Source of the DNA: Nannocystis bainbridge
GTDB taxonomy: Bacteria > Myxococcota_A > Polyangia > Nannocystales > Nannocystaceae
NCBI RefSeq assembly: GCF_028368995.1
Contig: NZ_JAQNDL010000001.1
Span: forward strand, 1,248,001 to 1,312,000
Length of the DNA stretch: 64,000 bases
Reading direction: 5' to 3'
Shown: positions 30,660 to 40,018 of the stretch, in pieces
Numbering within the stretch: position 1 is the first letter of the stretch
Layout of the letters: every line of letters begins with the position of its first letter
Translations under genes and position numbers: made by a program
Notes under the pieces: model-generated
The model's database searches: none
Seen by the model: only the letters and a program-made list of their open reading frames with translations
What the model was told of the DNA's origin: nothing

Positions 30660-30902
30660 GGGACGAAACCTGACCGGAGCAGATGAGCGCAGAACAAACC
30701 GAGCATCTTCAACCCCGCGCGCATTTTCGAGAATTCAGGGCTGCGCTGTTTCTGGCGCGGGGTTTGCTGATGTTTAGAACTTGTTCCACAGCTACCAGTT
30801 GCTCTTCGAGAGGCCTATGCAGTGTGCGTTCAGCATCACCGCATCACCGCCGAACGTCGGTAAGCCGTGGAAACCACAAATCAGCCACCGCAGTTTTGCG
30901 GC

Positions 30903-30922
30903 TTTGCCAAACTTTTGCCAAA
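30903..30922. repeat. Direct repeat TTTGCCAAA x2, candidate integrase arm-type sites
   Basis: TTTGCCAAACTTTTGCCAAA, 11-bp period, ~120 bp from the GH44 breakpoint. Confidence 0.55.
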
Positions 30923-31043
30923 ACCCGGGCCAATCCGGGTCGCACCGGTCCAGACCGGGAAATCCAGAACCCCTCAGAACGCCCGAATTCGTGGGATTAC
31001 GACCCGGTCGGGGTCTGGGCGGGCGGCCTGAGGGGCCTGGGGA

Positions 31044-31823
31044 TTGTTCCTCTCCTATTATTTGCAGGCCATGGCCGACGCCGAGGCGCAGGAGGGGCAC
31101 CGCATCGTCGACGTGCTCGACCTCCACTGGTACACCGAGGTCTACGCCGACGGCCAGCGCATCACCGGCGACGACAACTCGCCCGCCTCCGTCGAAGCCC
31201 GCGTGCAGGCCCCGCGCTCGCTGTGGGACGACACGTTCCACGAGGACAGCTGGATCGCCAACGACGTCCTCCAGGGCCCCGTGCGCCTGCTGCCGTGGCT
31301 CAGGGAGCGCATCGACGAGCACTACCCCGGCACCGGCCTCGGCTTCACCGAGTACAACTACGGCGGCGGCGGCCACATCTCCGGCGCCATCGCCCAGGCC
31401 GACGTGCTCGGCATCTTCGGCCGCGAGGCCGTGACGATGGCCGCCTACTGGGCCCTGACCGATCAGACCTCGATGATCTGGGCCGCCTTCCGCGCCTTTA
31501 CCAGCTACGACGGCCAGGGCGGCAAGTTCGGCGACACCTCGATCCACGCCGCGACCTCCGACGTCGCCGCCACCAGCGTCTACGCCAGCACCGACGTCGC
31601 CGACCCCGCGCGCACCGTGATCGTCGCCATCAACAAGACCGCCGGGCCGCTGACCGCCGCGGTCAGCCTGGCCGCCTACGCCAACTACTCGAAGGTCGCC
31701 GTGTGGCAGCTGACCGGCCCGCAGCCGGAGTTGGTCGCCGGGGCCGATCTCTCACTGGCCGCCACCAACGCGCTCCTCTACGCGATGCCGGCTTACAGCG
31801 TCAGCGTGCTCGTCCCGCAGTGA
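31044..31823 (+). pseudogene. Glycoside hydrolase family 44 C-terminal half (5'-truncated)
   Basis: VDVLDLHWY, RVQAPRSLWD, YPGT...TEYNYGGG, QADVLGIFG, YDGQGGKFGD. Confidence 0.85.
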
Positions 31824-31867
31824 GCGTGCGTGCGGCGTGCTCGGCGACCTCGTCGCCGGTCACGCCT

Positions 31868-32103
31868 CACACCGTGGCGCCGCCGGCTTCGATGATCGTC
31901 CGATACTGACATTATCGAGGTACCGCCATCGGCGAGTCCGCGTGGCGGGGAACAGCCTGGCCACGCTCCGGGCACGTCGTCGGCATATCAGGGTCGTGCT
32001 CGACGATGACGATCTGCCCCTGCCCGAGCTGCCTCTTCACCGCGGCAACTCGCCAGGGAGCCTCGATACCGAGAATGCGGACGTAGAGTTCGGTCTATGC
32101 CAT
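31868..32103 (-). pseudogene. ISL3-family transposase N-terminal remnant
   Basis: TELYVRILGIEAPWRV...CPE...RRWRYLD..CQYRTII with stop and frameshifts. Confidence 0.7.
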
Positions 32104-32227
32104 GAGGATGACCGTGGATCGCCTCGTTGCTCGGCCGCGCCACGGTGCCGGCCGGCGAGCGGTCCGCGGTGTCGCCCTGGGGCGACCCGGAGACCGTACG
32201 CCTTGCCGACGCCGCGGCGCGGCGCGC

Positions 32228-33634
32228 TCACGCCAGACTCAAGGTCCAGCGCTGGCCGGCGCTGCCATTCCAGGCGCGCTGGACCAGCACGGCGCCGTCG
32301 GTCGATTCGCCGTTCTGCGCGTCCATCACCTTTCCGGAGAGCTTGCTCTGGACCCGGACGGTGCCGTCGTCGTTGGCGATCAACTGCCACAGCTGGTTGT
32401 TGCCGCCGTGCCACCGAAACTGCTGGATCTCGGCGCCGTCGGCCTGCGAAGCCCCGGACACGTCGAGGGACAGACCGCTGTGCTTCACCATGAGCCGGAA
32501 GCACCCTCCGCCCTGGTAGCTCAGCTCCCATTTCTGGTTGCCGCCGCCCCTGTAGGGCCACTGAATGACCCTGGTGCCCTGCGCCGTGGCTCCTCCGTTG
32601 ACGTCGAGCGACTTGTCGAACTTGTTGACGAGCTTGTAGACCCCGTCGGCCGGCAGGCTCGGCTCCCCGGGCTTCTCGGGCTGGAACTCGGCCATGACGT
32701 TGAAGAACGCCACCTGGTTGTACACGCCGGTCTTGACGACCTCCTGCGTCGTCCCGTCGTCGTACGTCACGTCGTAGATCGCGCGGAACGGCACGTCGAG
32801 CTTGGCGTGCTGCATGAGCACGGAGGCCGTCACCCCCGAGTTCGCCGGCACCTTGACCGGCGAGTCCAGCGTGACCGTCTCGCTGGTCTCCTCCGTCCGG
32901 CCGAAGGTGATCGACGTCGTCACCTTGGCCCCGAGCGTGACCGTGGTCGTCACGGCCAGCAGCTGTACCTTGGTCTCATAGATGGCGTTCAGCTCCAACG
33001 CCGCGGACGCGCTGTACGTCTCGGTCCTCGTCTTCGACGTCGCGTAGGTGAAACGCAGCTCCTGCTCCGTGGCGGTGTTGTTCACGAGGCGCGTGCGATA
33101 CGCGATGACCGGCGGCATCTGAACCAGGGCGGCCTGGTCCAGCAAGAACTGGATGTTCTTCAGCACGACCTCGCGGTTCGCCGAGGCGAAGCGCCACAGC
33201 TCGTTGTCGGAGCCGCCGTCCCAGTGCCACGAGACGCACCGGGAGCCGCTGACGTACGGGCCGTCCCCGAAGATGTTGATCTTCTGCTCCCACTCCTGCA
33301 CCGACACCACGGCGTTGTACTGCCCGCCCACGTTGTCGTTCTGCCAGACGGCGAGATCGTCGCTCCCGATCCTGCCGATCGGCACCAGCTGCAACCCGGC
33401 GCCGTTGTCCGCCGAGGCCCGCGCCACGCACGTCCCGGTCGCCTTGTTCACCAGCCCGAACACTCCCGCGTTGCTGGCCTGGCGCGGCCGCTTCTCCCAC
33501 ATCTGTCGCTCGTCCTGGTACGAGTGGGTCGTCACCACGACGTCACTCCCGCTCGACGATGCGCTCAACGCCAGGGCGGCGTTCCCGGGACCACGAGCCT
33601 TGGAAATGATGAAGAAATACTCCACTGCAGACAT
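32228..33634 (-). CDS. Lectin / aerolysin (ETX-MTX2-like) pore-forming domain / ricin-B lectin protein
   Basis: N-terminal beta-trefoil (FGLVNKATG, DNELW); central Ser/Thr-rich alternating hairpin with VKVPANS...DVPF...GVY; C-terminal NQKW, NQLW and GQRW repeats. Confidence 0.8.
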   Translation of the reverse strand: MSAVEYFFIISKARGPGNAALALSASSSGSDVVVTTHSYQDERQMWEKRPRQASNAGVFGLVNKATGTCVARASADNGAGLQLVPIGRIGSDDLAVWQNDNVGGQYNAVVSVQEWEQKINIFGDGPYVSGSRCVSWHWDGGSDNELWRFASANREVVLKNIQFLLDQAALVQMPPVIAYRTRLVNNTATEQELRFTYATSKTRTETYSASAALELNAIYETKVQLLAVTTTVTLGAKVTTSITFGRTEETSETVTLDSPVKVPANSGVTASVLMQHAKLDVPFRAIYDVTYDDGTTQEVVKTGVYNQVAFFNVMAEFQPEKPGEPSLPADGVYKLVNKFDKSLDVNGGATAQGTRVIQWPYRGGGNQKWELSYQGGGCFRLMVKHSGLSLDVSGASQADGAEIQQFRWHGGNNQLWQLIANDDGTVRVQSKLSGKVMDAQNGESTDGAVLVQRAWNGSAGQRWTLSLA

Positions 33635-33891
33635 TTTCACTCCTCTTTCGGATCGATCGGACCGCTCGCCGAGCCCCGCGCGATGCTGGGCCCCGAGCGT
33701 CATTTCAAGCCACAATGCGTCAAAGATCAGGATCGCCGGGCGAAGCGCTCTCGCATGATTCGGCCGCGCAGCTCGCTCTCATGGCACCCAGCGTCCGCGC
33801 CGAGGCCCATGATTCCGCTCCGGCGCGCGCCCCCGCGAGATGTCGAATTGCACGCAGTCTCGCCCGGCATTTCGCTTCGTCGCCAGCATTC

Positions 33892-33907
33892 AGCAAGCGA
33901 CGTGCCA
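33892..33907 (-). promoter_or_regulatory. Sigma54 -24/-12 promoter facing the toxin gene
   Basis: Minus strand TGGCACGTCGCTTGCT is a perfect TGGCAC-N5-TTGCW match. Confidence 0.75.
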
Positions 33908-34034
33908 CGCGTCGATGCGGCGGCGCCTCGGCTTCCAGCGGGCCCTGCACGCGCGTTTGTGGCCTCGGACGCTCACTGAACGTTCAACGGGCCGCGCTTG
34001 AACGGCCCGGGACGATGCCGTACGCTCGCGGCCC

Positions 34035-35531
34035 GTGGACAGCATCACCACGTTGACGCCGGCCGATGCGCGCGATGGCGAATGTTCACAGCGCAAGGCC
34101 GGCGTGACGATGACGATCGTCGGTCATCCCGATCCGAGCCGGATCGGCGAGATCGCCGCGGTCGAGTTCGACGCGCAGCAGCGCGTGCCGCTGTCGCGCC
34201 GCGAGCCGCTGTTCGCCGCCGCGGGCCAGCCCGGACGCCCGCTCGAGGACCCGCACCTCAGTCGCTCGCCCGCATACCTGTCTTTAAAGGCAGGTGAGAT
34301 GCCGGTCTGGTCGGAGCTCGCGCACGCGCCGTGCGAGATCCGGCCGCTGCACGGCGCGCAGGGTCGCGCGTGGTACGTCGTGCTGAGGCGGCGGGTCGGG
34401 CTGCTGATCGAGCTGGGCCTGCGCGCGCCGCCGCCACGCGAACAGCACGGGCTCGTCGGAGTGAGCGCCGCGACGGAGCGTCTGCGCGAGCAGATCGAAG
34501 CGACGGCGGGGAGCGAGCTGCCGGTGCTGCTCATCGGCGAGACCGGCACCGGGAAGGAGCTCGCGGCGCAGGCGATCCACGCGTGCGGGCGGCGGCGCGG
34601 CCAGCCGCTCGTCACCGTCAACCTGTCGGCGATCCCCGACAGCACCGCGGCGAGCCAGCTGTTCGGCCACGCGCGCGGCGCCTTCACCGACGCGGCTCGC
34701 GCTCACGACGGCTACTTTCTCCAGGCCGACGGCGGCACGCTCTTCCTCGACGAGATCGGAGATGCGCCGATCAGCCTGCAAGTGCAGCTTCTGCGGGCGC
34801 TCGAGCAAGGCGAGATCCAGCCGATCGGCGGTCGCGTCCGCGCCGTCGACGTACGGATGCTCGCCGCCACCGACACCGACCTCGAGGACGCCGTCGCGGC
34901 CGGGCGCTTCCGCAAGGCGCTGCTGTTCCGCCTGTGCAGCCAGACGCTGCGACTCTTGCCACTGCGCGATCGACCGGCCGACATCGCCGTGCAGTTGATC
35001 CACTTCCTCGATCAGGCGCTCGCAGGGCTTGGGCGACGCGAGCGTCTGCGCATGCGTGCATGGACCGACAGCCCGTGGCTCGATCTCGAGGCGGTCGAGG
35101 CCGCGCTGTTCGCTCGCTGGCCCGGCAACTCCCGCGAGTTGCGCGGGGCCGCCAGTCAAGCCGCGCTGCTCGCTGCGAACCAGCCGAAGCTGGTGCTCAC
35201 AACAAGCGCGCCACCCGCGATGGCGTCGACGCCGGCGCCGGACGTCGCGGCGCCCGTGGAGGTCGTCGCGCAGGCGCTGACGGAGTCCGTCATCCGCGAG
35301 ACCCTCGCGGCGCACCAGCACTCGGTGCGTGGGGCTGCGCGGGCGCTCCAGGTCGCGCCGAATACGCTCTATGCGCGCATGCGCGATCTGGGGATCCCGC
35401 TCGCGGGGAGCCTCTCCGACGAGGAGGTTGCCGCCGCGCACGCGGCGTCGGGCGGAAATGTCATGAGGATGGCGCGCGCGCTCGGCGTGTCCGTACGGGG
35501 CATTCAACGGCGTCTCGGTCGCGCGCGATAG
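34035..35531 (+). CDS. Sigma54-dependent enhancer-binding protein with tandem Fis HTHs
   Basis: [30 protein letters not shown]; FHA-like remnant LEDPHLSR. Confidence 0.92.
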   Translation: MDSITTLTPADARDGECSQRKAGVTMTIVGHPDPSRIGEIAAVEFDAQQRVPLSRREPLFAAAGQPGRPLEDPHLSRSPAYLSLKAGEMPVWSELAHAPCEIRPLHGAQGRAWYVVLRRRVGLLIELGLRAPPPREQHGLVGVSAATERLREQIEATAGSELPVLLIGETGTGKELAAQAIHACGRRRGQPLVTVNLSAIPDSTAASQLFGHARGAFTDAARAHDGYFLQADGGTLFLDEIGDAPISLQVQLLRALEQGEIQPIGGRVRAVDVRMLAATDTDLEDAVAAGRFRKALLFRLCSQTLRLLPLRDRPADIAVQLIHFLDQALAGLGRRERLRMRAWTDSPWLDLEAVEAALFARWPGNSRELRGAASQAALLAANQPKLVLTTSAPPAMASTPAPDVAAPVEVVAQALTESVIRETLAAHQHSVRGAARALQVAPNTLYARMRDLGIPLAGSLSDEEVAAAHAASGGNVMRMARALGVSVRGIQRRLGRAR

Positions 35532-35561
35532 CTCGTCGATTCGTGGTAGGACGAGCGCGCG

Positions 35562-38500
35562 TTGCAAGACAACCCGCCAACCGACGGGTCGCAGGTGACC
35601 CTGGTGCCCGCGCCCGAATCGATTGTGACATCGAACCGGGGTCCCGCGCCCGAGGCGGTGCCGTCCCGGATCGGCCGCTTCGTGATCATCGGTCGCCTCG
35701 GCGCAGGCGGGATGGGCGTGGTCTATGCGGCGTACGACCCCGAGCTCGACCGCAAGGTCGCGATCAAGCTGATGTACCCGGAGGAGGGCGAGGTCGGCCC
35801 GCGGCGCGGCCAGGCGCTGCTACTGCGGGAGGCCCGGGCGCTGGCGAAGCTGTCTCACCCCAACATCGTGGCCATCCACGACGTCGGCGTGCACGCCGGG
35901 CAGGTGTTCGTGGCCATGGAGTTCGTCGACGGGCGCACGCTGCGACACTGGCTCGCGGAGGCCCCGCGCGCGTGGCAGACGATCGTCGACGTGTTCGTGC
36001 AGGCCGGCCGCGGTCTCATGGCGGCACACGCAGCCGGCCTCGTGCATCGCGACGTGAAGCCCGACAACCTGCTGGTCGGCAAGGACGGTCGGGTGCGCGT
36101 GGCCGACTTCGGCGTCGCCCGCTACCGCGACCCGGACGAGGCCGCGTGGACGGAGAACGGCGCGCTCCGGATGATGGCGACGGTGGCCGGACGCGGGGCC
36201 CGGATCGGCACGCCGGCATACATGGCCCCCGAGCAGCACGAGAACGAGGGGGTCGGCCCGCACAGCGATCAATTCAGCTTTTGCGTCGCGCTCTACGAGG
36301 CGCTGTACGAAGTGCGACCGTTCGCCGGCAAGACGCCGCACGAGATGGTCGCGCAGATCCGCGCGGGAGCATTGTGCAGACCGCCCGAGCCGCCGCGGCT
36401 GCCGGGTTGGCTCGATCGCGCGGTCCAGCGCGGCCTCGCGGCGCAACCGGCCTCGCGCTGGCCGTCGCTGTCGGCGCTGCTGTCGGCGCTCACGCCCGAG
36501 CAAGGCCAGCGGCGCGCGAAGTGGGGCTGGCGGGCCTTCTACGCCGCGCTCGTGGTCATCGGCGGGGTCGCGCTGTACCTCGGCGCGCGCGAATGGCAGC
36601 ACCGCGACGCGCGCGAGCAGGCCGAGCTTGCGGCCGCGGAGCGCCTGGAGGTCGTGACCGCCGGCGTCGATCGCCTGCTCGCGCGCGGTCGACGGAGCGA
36701 GGCCGAGGAGGCGCTGCGGGCCTTCGTCGGCGAACCCGAGCACCGCGCCTCGCGGGCTGCCGTCGACGCCTGGCTGATGTGGGCCGACCGCATGGACGCG
36801 GCCCGCGATCGCGAAGCCGCCCTGTCCGCTCTGGTCGAGGCGTACACCACCCTGCCGGCGAAGGACCCACGCGAGGCCGCGATCTTCCTGCGGATCGCCG
36901 AGCTGTTCCGCGTGCAGTGGCGCTTCCAGGAGCTGGCGACGCTGGCCCACACGGCCGGCCAGCGATCGCCGCAGGCCGTCCATAGCGAGACCTGGTCGCG
37001 GCTGCGCGCCGACGCGGCCCTGGGGCTGCGCGACGTGAGCGGCTTCCTCGCGGAGGTCGATGGCGGCCGCGCCGGACGCGAGCGCGAAGACGTCGCGCCC
37101 GTGCTGCGCGCCCTGAACACGGCCAGCTTCCCCGGGGTCCGCGGCGAGCATGTCGTCGCGCTCGACCTCGAGGGCGACGGGCAGGACGAGTTGGCCGTGT
37201 TCCCCCGCGACGGCGAGCGCGGACCGGTGAGCGTGCGTCGCATGAACCGCGACCTGTCCCCGATGTTCGACCTGACGGGGGACGACGCGATCGGCCGCGT
37301 CGGCGCCGTCCTCGACTCGCTGCGTCGCAGCCCCGACGGACCCGCTTTCTTGCTCGGGCGCAGGGACGACACGGCGATGTTGTACGCGCTCGACACGGGC
37401 AAGCCGCAGATCGTGTTCACCTGGCCCTACGATCAGCTGCACGCGGCGGCCGCGGCCGACCTCGACGGCGACGGCCTGCGCGAGTTCTACGTCGGGACCG
37501 CCGCCTACACGCGCAAGTTGTATCGCCTGGGGCCCGACGCGAGCGGGACCTGGCAGCGCAGCGTGGCCCACCCCGCGATCGATGAGCTCAGCAGCGACAT
37601 CAACGCGCTGGCCACCGGCGACTTCGACGGCGACGGCCGCGACGAGCTGGCGGTCGCCGTCGGCCCCTGGCGCGCCTACGACGTGCGGATCTTGCAAGCA
37701 GGGCCGGACGGTGGGCTCGAGCTCGCGGCACGCCGGCGCATCGGGCACGTGCGCGCGCTGACGACCCTGCGGGGGGTCGGCGGCGAGACGTTGCTGGCGA
37801 TCGCCAAGGACAACGACGCCGCCAACAAGCTCGCATTCTCGCCCGACACCCCGCACGGAGAGCCGCCTGGCCTGTACATCGTCCGTCGCGCCGGCGAGGC
37901 GCTCGAGACCGTGTTCTTCGCGCCCTTTCCGGCGGCCGACGGTGCGCAGGAGGTCGGGAAGGTGCGCGCGATGTTCCGCGGCGACTTCGACGGCGACGGC
38001 CGCGACGACCTGCTCCTCCGCTACCGGGCGCCGTCCAGGAGCGAGGCGGCGGCCCTGTTGTGGCGACAGCGCGAGGACGGCAGCTTCGTGTCGGGGCTGG
38101 TCGAGCACGTCGTGCCGCTCGCCGTCGGCAACTTCGACGACGACGCCGCCGACGAGGTGCTCGTGACGACCCCGCACGGCGACGGCGACGCGCTGGCGGT
38201 GCTCGGCGCCGGCGGTGCACCGCTCGCGTCGGTCCTGCCCCCACGCGTGCACGTGACGCCGCCGCTGGTCGCCGATCCGTCACTGGCCCGCGCCTGGGCC
38301 CGCGCCGAGGATCTGGTCGGCTTCGGCCTCTACGCCGCGGCCGCCGACGCGCTCGCCCGCCGCAGCGCGCTCGCACCGTCGCCGGAGGACGGCCGGGCGG
38401 CGCAGCAGCGGGCCGCCGCGCTCTACGAGGCCGCCGGCGACCACGCGCGCGCGGCCGCCAGCCACGCGGTGCTGGCCCAGGACGGCAACGTCGACGCCGC

Positions 38501-39980
38501 GCTGGCGGCGATCGTCAGCTACGAGCGGGCCCTCGATCTCGACGACGCGCTGTGCGTGGCGCGAACGGTCCTGGCGAGCGACGCGCTGACTCCGTCGCAG
38601 CGCCGCCTGGCGAGCGCCGCCAGCGAACGCCTCACGGCAGCCGTCGAACCCCGCGACTCGATCGAGCTGCGCTTCGACCAGCCGCTGGCGCCGTCGTGGC
38701 AGATCCACGAGCCGCTGGCGCTGCGCATGGATCGCGTGCGGGGCAACCTGGCGATCGACGCCTACGCCGATACCGGCGATCTTATGACGCTGCCGATCGA
38801 GCTCGGCGACGGTGCTCTCGGCCTCGAGATCGAGCTCGAGGTGGAGCGCGCCGAGTGGGCCGCGCAGCTGGCCGTCAGCGTGCGCGCGCCCGACGGCGAG
38901 GAAGTCATGACGCTGGGCGTCGCCGCGAGCGGCGGCGGCGGCTACCTGCGGCGCCACGGGAGCTTCAGCGCGCCGAGCCTGCATCGTCGCCTGGACATCG
39001 CCGGGAGGCCGACCGACGACCCGAGCACCGGCTCGCATCACTTGTTGCGGGCGCGCCTGCTACCGCACCAGGGCATGCTGGACGTCGAGGAACGCGGCGA
39101 CCTCGCGGAGCGGCGCTCGTTCCCCCTCAAGCAGACGCTACGGCCGGGCCCGCACCTGCTCGTGCTGCGCGCCAGCGGGGTCGAGGAGCACGGCGCGCTC
39201 CAGCTCCGTGCCCGGCTCCGGCGCGTCTCGCTCGTCGGCGCACGACTCTCCGAAACGGCACCGACAGCGCCGGGCTCGCAACTCGCGCGCGCGCTGGTGA
39301 CGGGCCAGCTGCGCGAGGCGGCGACCTCGTCGGCCGCCGAGGAGTTGGCGCCGTTGTGGCGAGCCGCCGCCGCCGCGGAGCTCGGCCGCCTCGACGACGC
39401 GCTCGCATGGCTGTCGACCCTCGACATCACGCGGCCTGCGATCCGCCAGCGTTTGCGGCACCTGTTGCGCGGGCAGCCGACGCGGTTCTTGCCGCTGATG
39501 CGCGCGGCCTTCGGCGCGGCCCACGGCGCGCTGCTGCGCGAGGCGCTGACGAACGCGGCGCGCATGCACCTCGACGCCGAGCAGCAGCAGATGTGGCTGA
39601 GTCAGACCGTGGACGTGGACAGCTTGCCGACGTCCGACGCCGTGCAGCTCGACACCAAGGCCGAACTGCTGACGATGCGCGCCGCGGCGTGGCAGGCCGC
39701 GGGCGAGCTCGAGCAGGCCGCGGCGGACCTCGACGCCGCGACCACCCTGCGCGCGAGCCACAGCGACGAGCCCGACGATCGCCTCGCCGAACTCGAGCTC
39801 CTCGTCGCCGAAGTCGCGGCGGCCCGCCATCGACCGGACGAGGCGATGGCCGCAGCGACCCGCGCGCTGGCCCGCTCGCGCGAGCCGACGGCGATGAAGG
39901 AGCGCCTGCGGCTCCACCCGCGTCTCCAGGCCATGCAGGCCGATCCGCGCTGGCATCGATTGCTCTCCGCCAGGCCGTAG
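35562..39980 (+). CDS. Large membrane Ser/Thr kinase with FG-GAP repeats and TPR-like regions
   Basis: GAGGMGVVY, HRDVKPDN, DFG, GTPAYMAPE; TM helix; GDFDGDGRDE repeats. Confidence 0.92.
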   Translation: MQDNPPTDGSQVTLVPAPESIVTSNRGPAPEAVPSRIGRFVIIGRLGAGGMGVVYAAYDPELDRKVAIKLMYPEEGEVGPRRGQALLLREARALAKLSHPNIVAIHDVGVHAGQVFVAMEFVDGRTLRHWLAEAPRAWQTIVDVFVQAGRGLMAAHAAGLVHRDVKPDNLLVGKDGRVRVADFGVARYRDPDEAAWTENGALRMMATVAGRGARIGTPAYMAPEQHENEGVGPHSDQFSFCVALYEALYEVRPFAGKTPHEMVAQIRAGALCRPPEPPRLPGWLDRAVQRGLAAQPASRWPSLSALLSALTPEQGQRRAKWGWRAFYAALVVIGGVALYLGAREWQHRDAREQAELAAAERLEVVTAGVDRLLARGRRSEAEEALRAFVGEPEHRASRAAVDAWLMWADRMDAARDREAALSALVEAYTTLPAKDPREAAIFLRIAELFRVQWRFQELATLAHTAGQRSPQAVHSETWSRLRADAALGLRDVSGFLAEVDGGRAGREREDVAPVLRALNTASFPGVRGEHVVALDLEGDGQDELAVFPRDGERGPVSVRRMNRDLSPMFDLTGDDAIGRVGAVLDSLRRSPDGPAFLLGRRDDTAMLYALDTGKPQIVFTWPYDQLHAAAAADLDGDGLREFYVGTAAYTRKLYRLGPDASGTWQRSVAHPAIDELSSDINALATGDFDGDGRDELAVAVGPWRAYDVRILQAGPDGGLELAARRRIGHVRALTTLRGVGGETLLAIAKDNDAANKLAFSPDTPHGEPPGLYIVRRAGEALETVFFAPFPAADGAQEVGKVRAMFRGDFDGDGRDDLLLRYRAPSRSEAAALLWRQREDGSFVSGLVEHVVPLAVGNFDDDAADEVLVTTPHGDGDALAVLGAGGAPLASVLPPRVHVTPPLVADPSLARAWARAEDLVGFGLYAAAADALARRSALAPSPEDGRAAQQRAAALYEAAGDHARAAASHAVLAQDGNVDAALAAIVSYERALDLDDALCVARTVLASDALTPSQRRLASAASERLTAAVEPRDSIELRFDQPLAPSWQIHEPLALRMDRVRGNLAIDAYADTGDLMTLPIELGDGALGLEIELEVERAEWAAQLAVSVRAPDGEEVMTLGVAASGGGGYLRRHGSFSAPSLHRRLDIAGRPTDDPSTGSHHLLRARLLPHQGMLDVEERGDLAERRSFPLKQTLRPGPHLLVLRASGVEEHGALQLRARLRRVSLVGARLSETAPTAPGSQLARALVTGQLREAATSSAAEELAPLWRAAAAAELGRLDDALAWLSTLDITRPAIRQRLRHLLRGQPTRFLPLMRAAFGAAHGALLREALTNAARMHLDAEQQQMWLSQTVDVDSLPTSDAVQLDTKAELLTMRAAAWQAAGELEQAAADLDAATTLRASHSDEPDDRLAELELLVAEVAAARHRPDEAMAAATRALARSREPTAMKERLRLHPRLQAMQADPRWHRLLSARP

Positions 39981-40018
39981 CGCTCACCGGCACCTCGTCG
40001 GTGCCGTCATGGCTCCGC

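Noticed and set aside
30660-31043. tRNA or tmRNA at the putative att junction
   Set aside because: No cloverleaf or T-loop/CCA pattern found by eye; tRNAscan/ARAGORN would settle it
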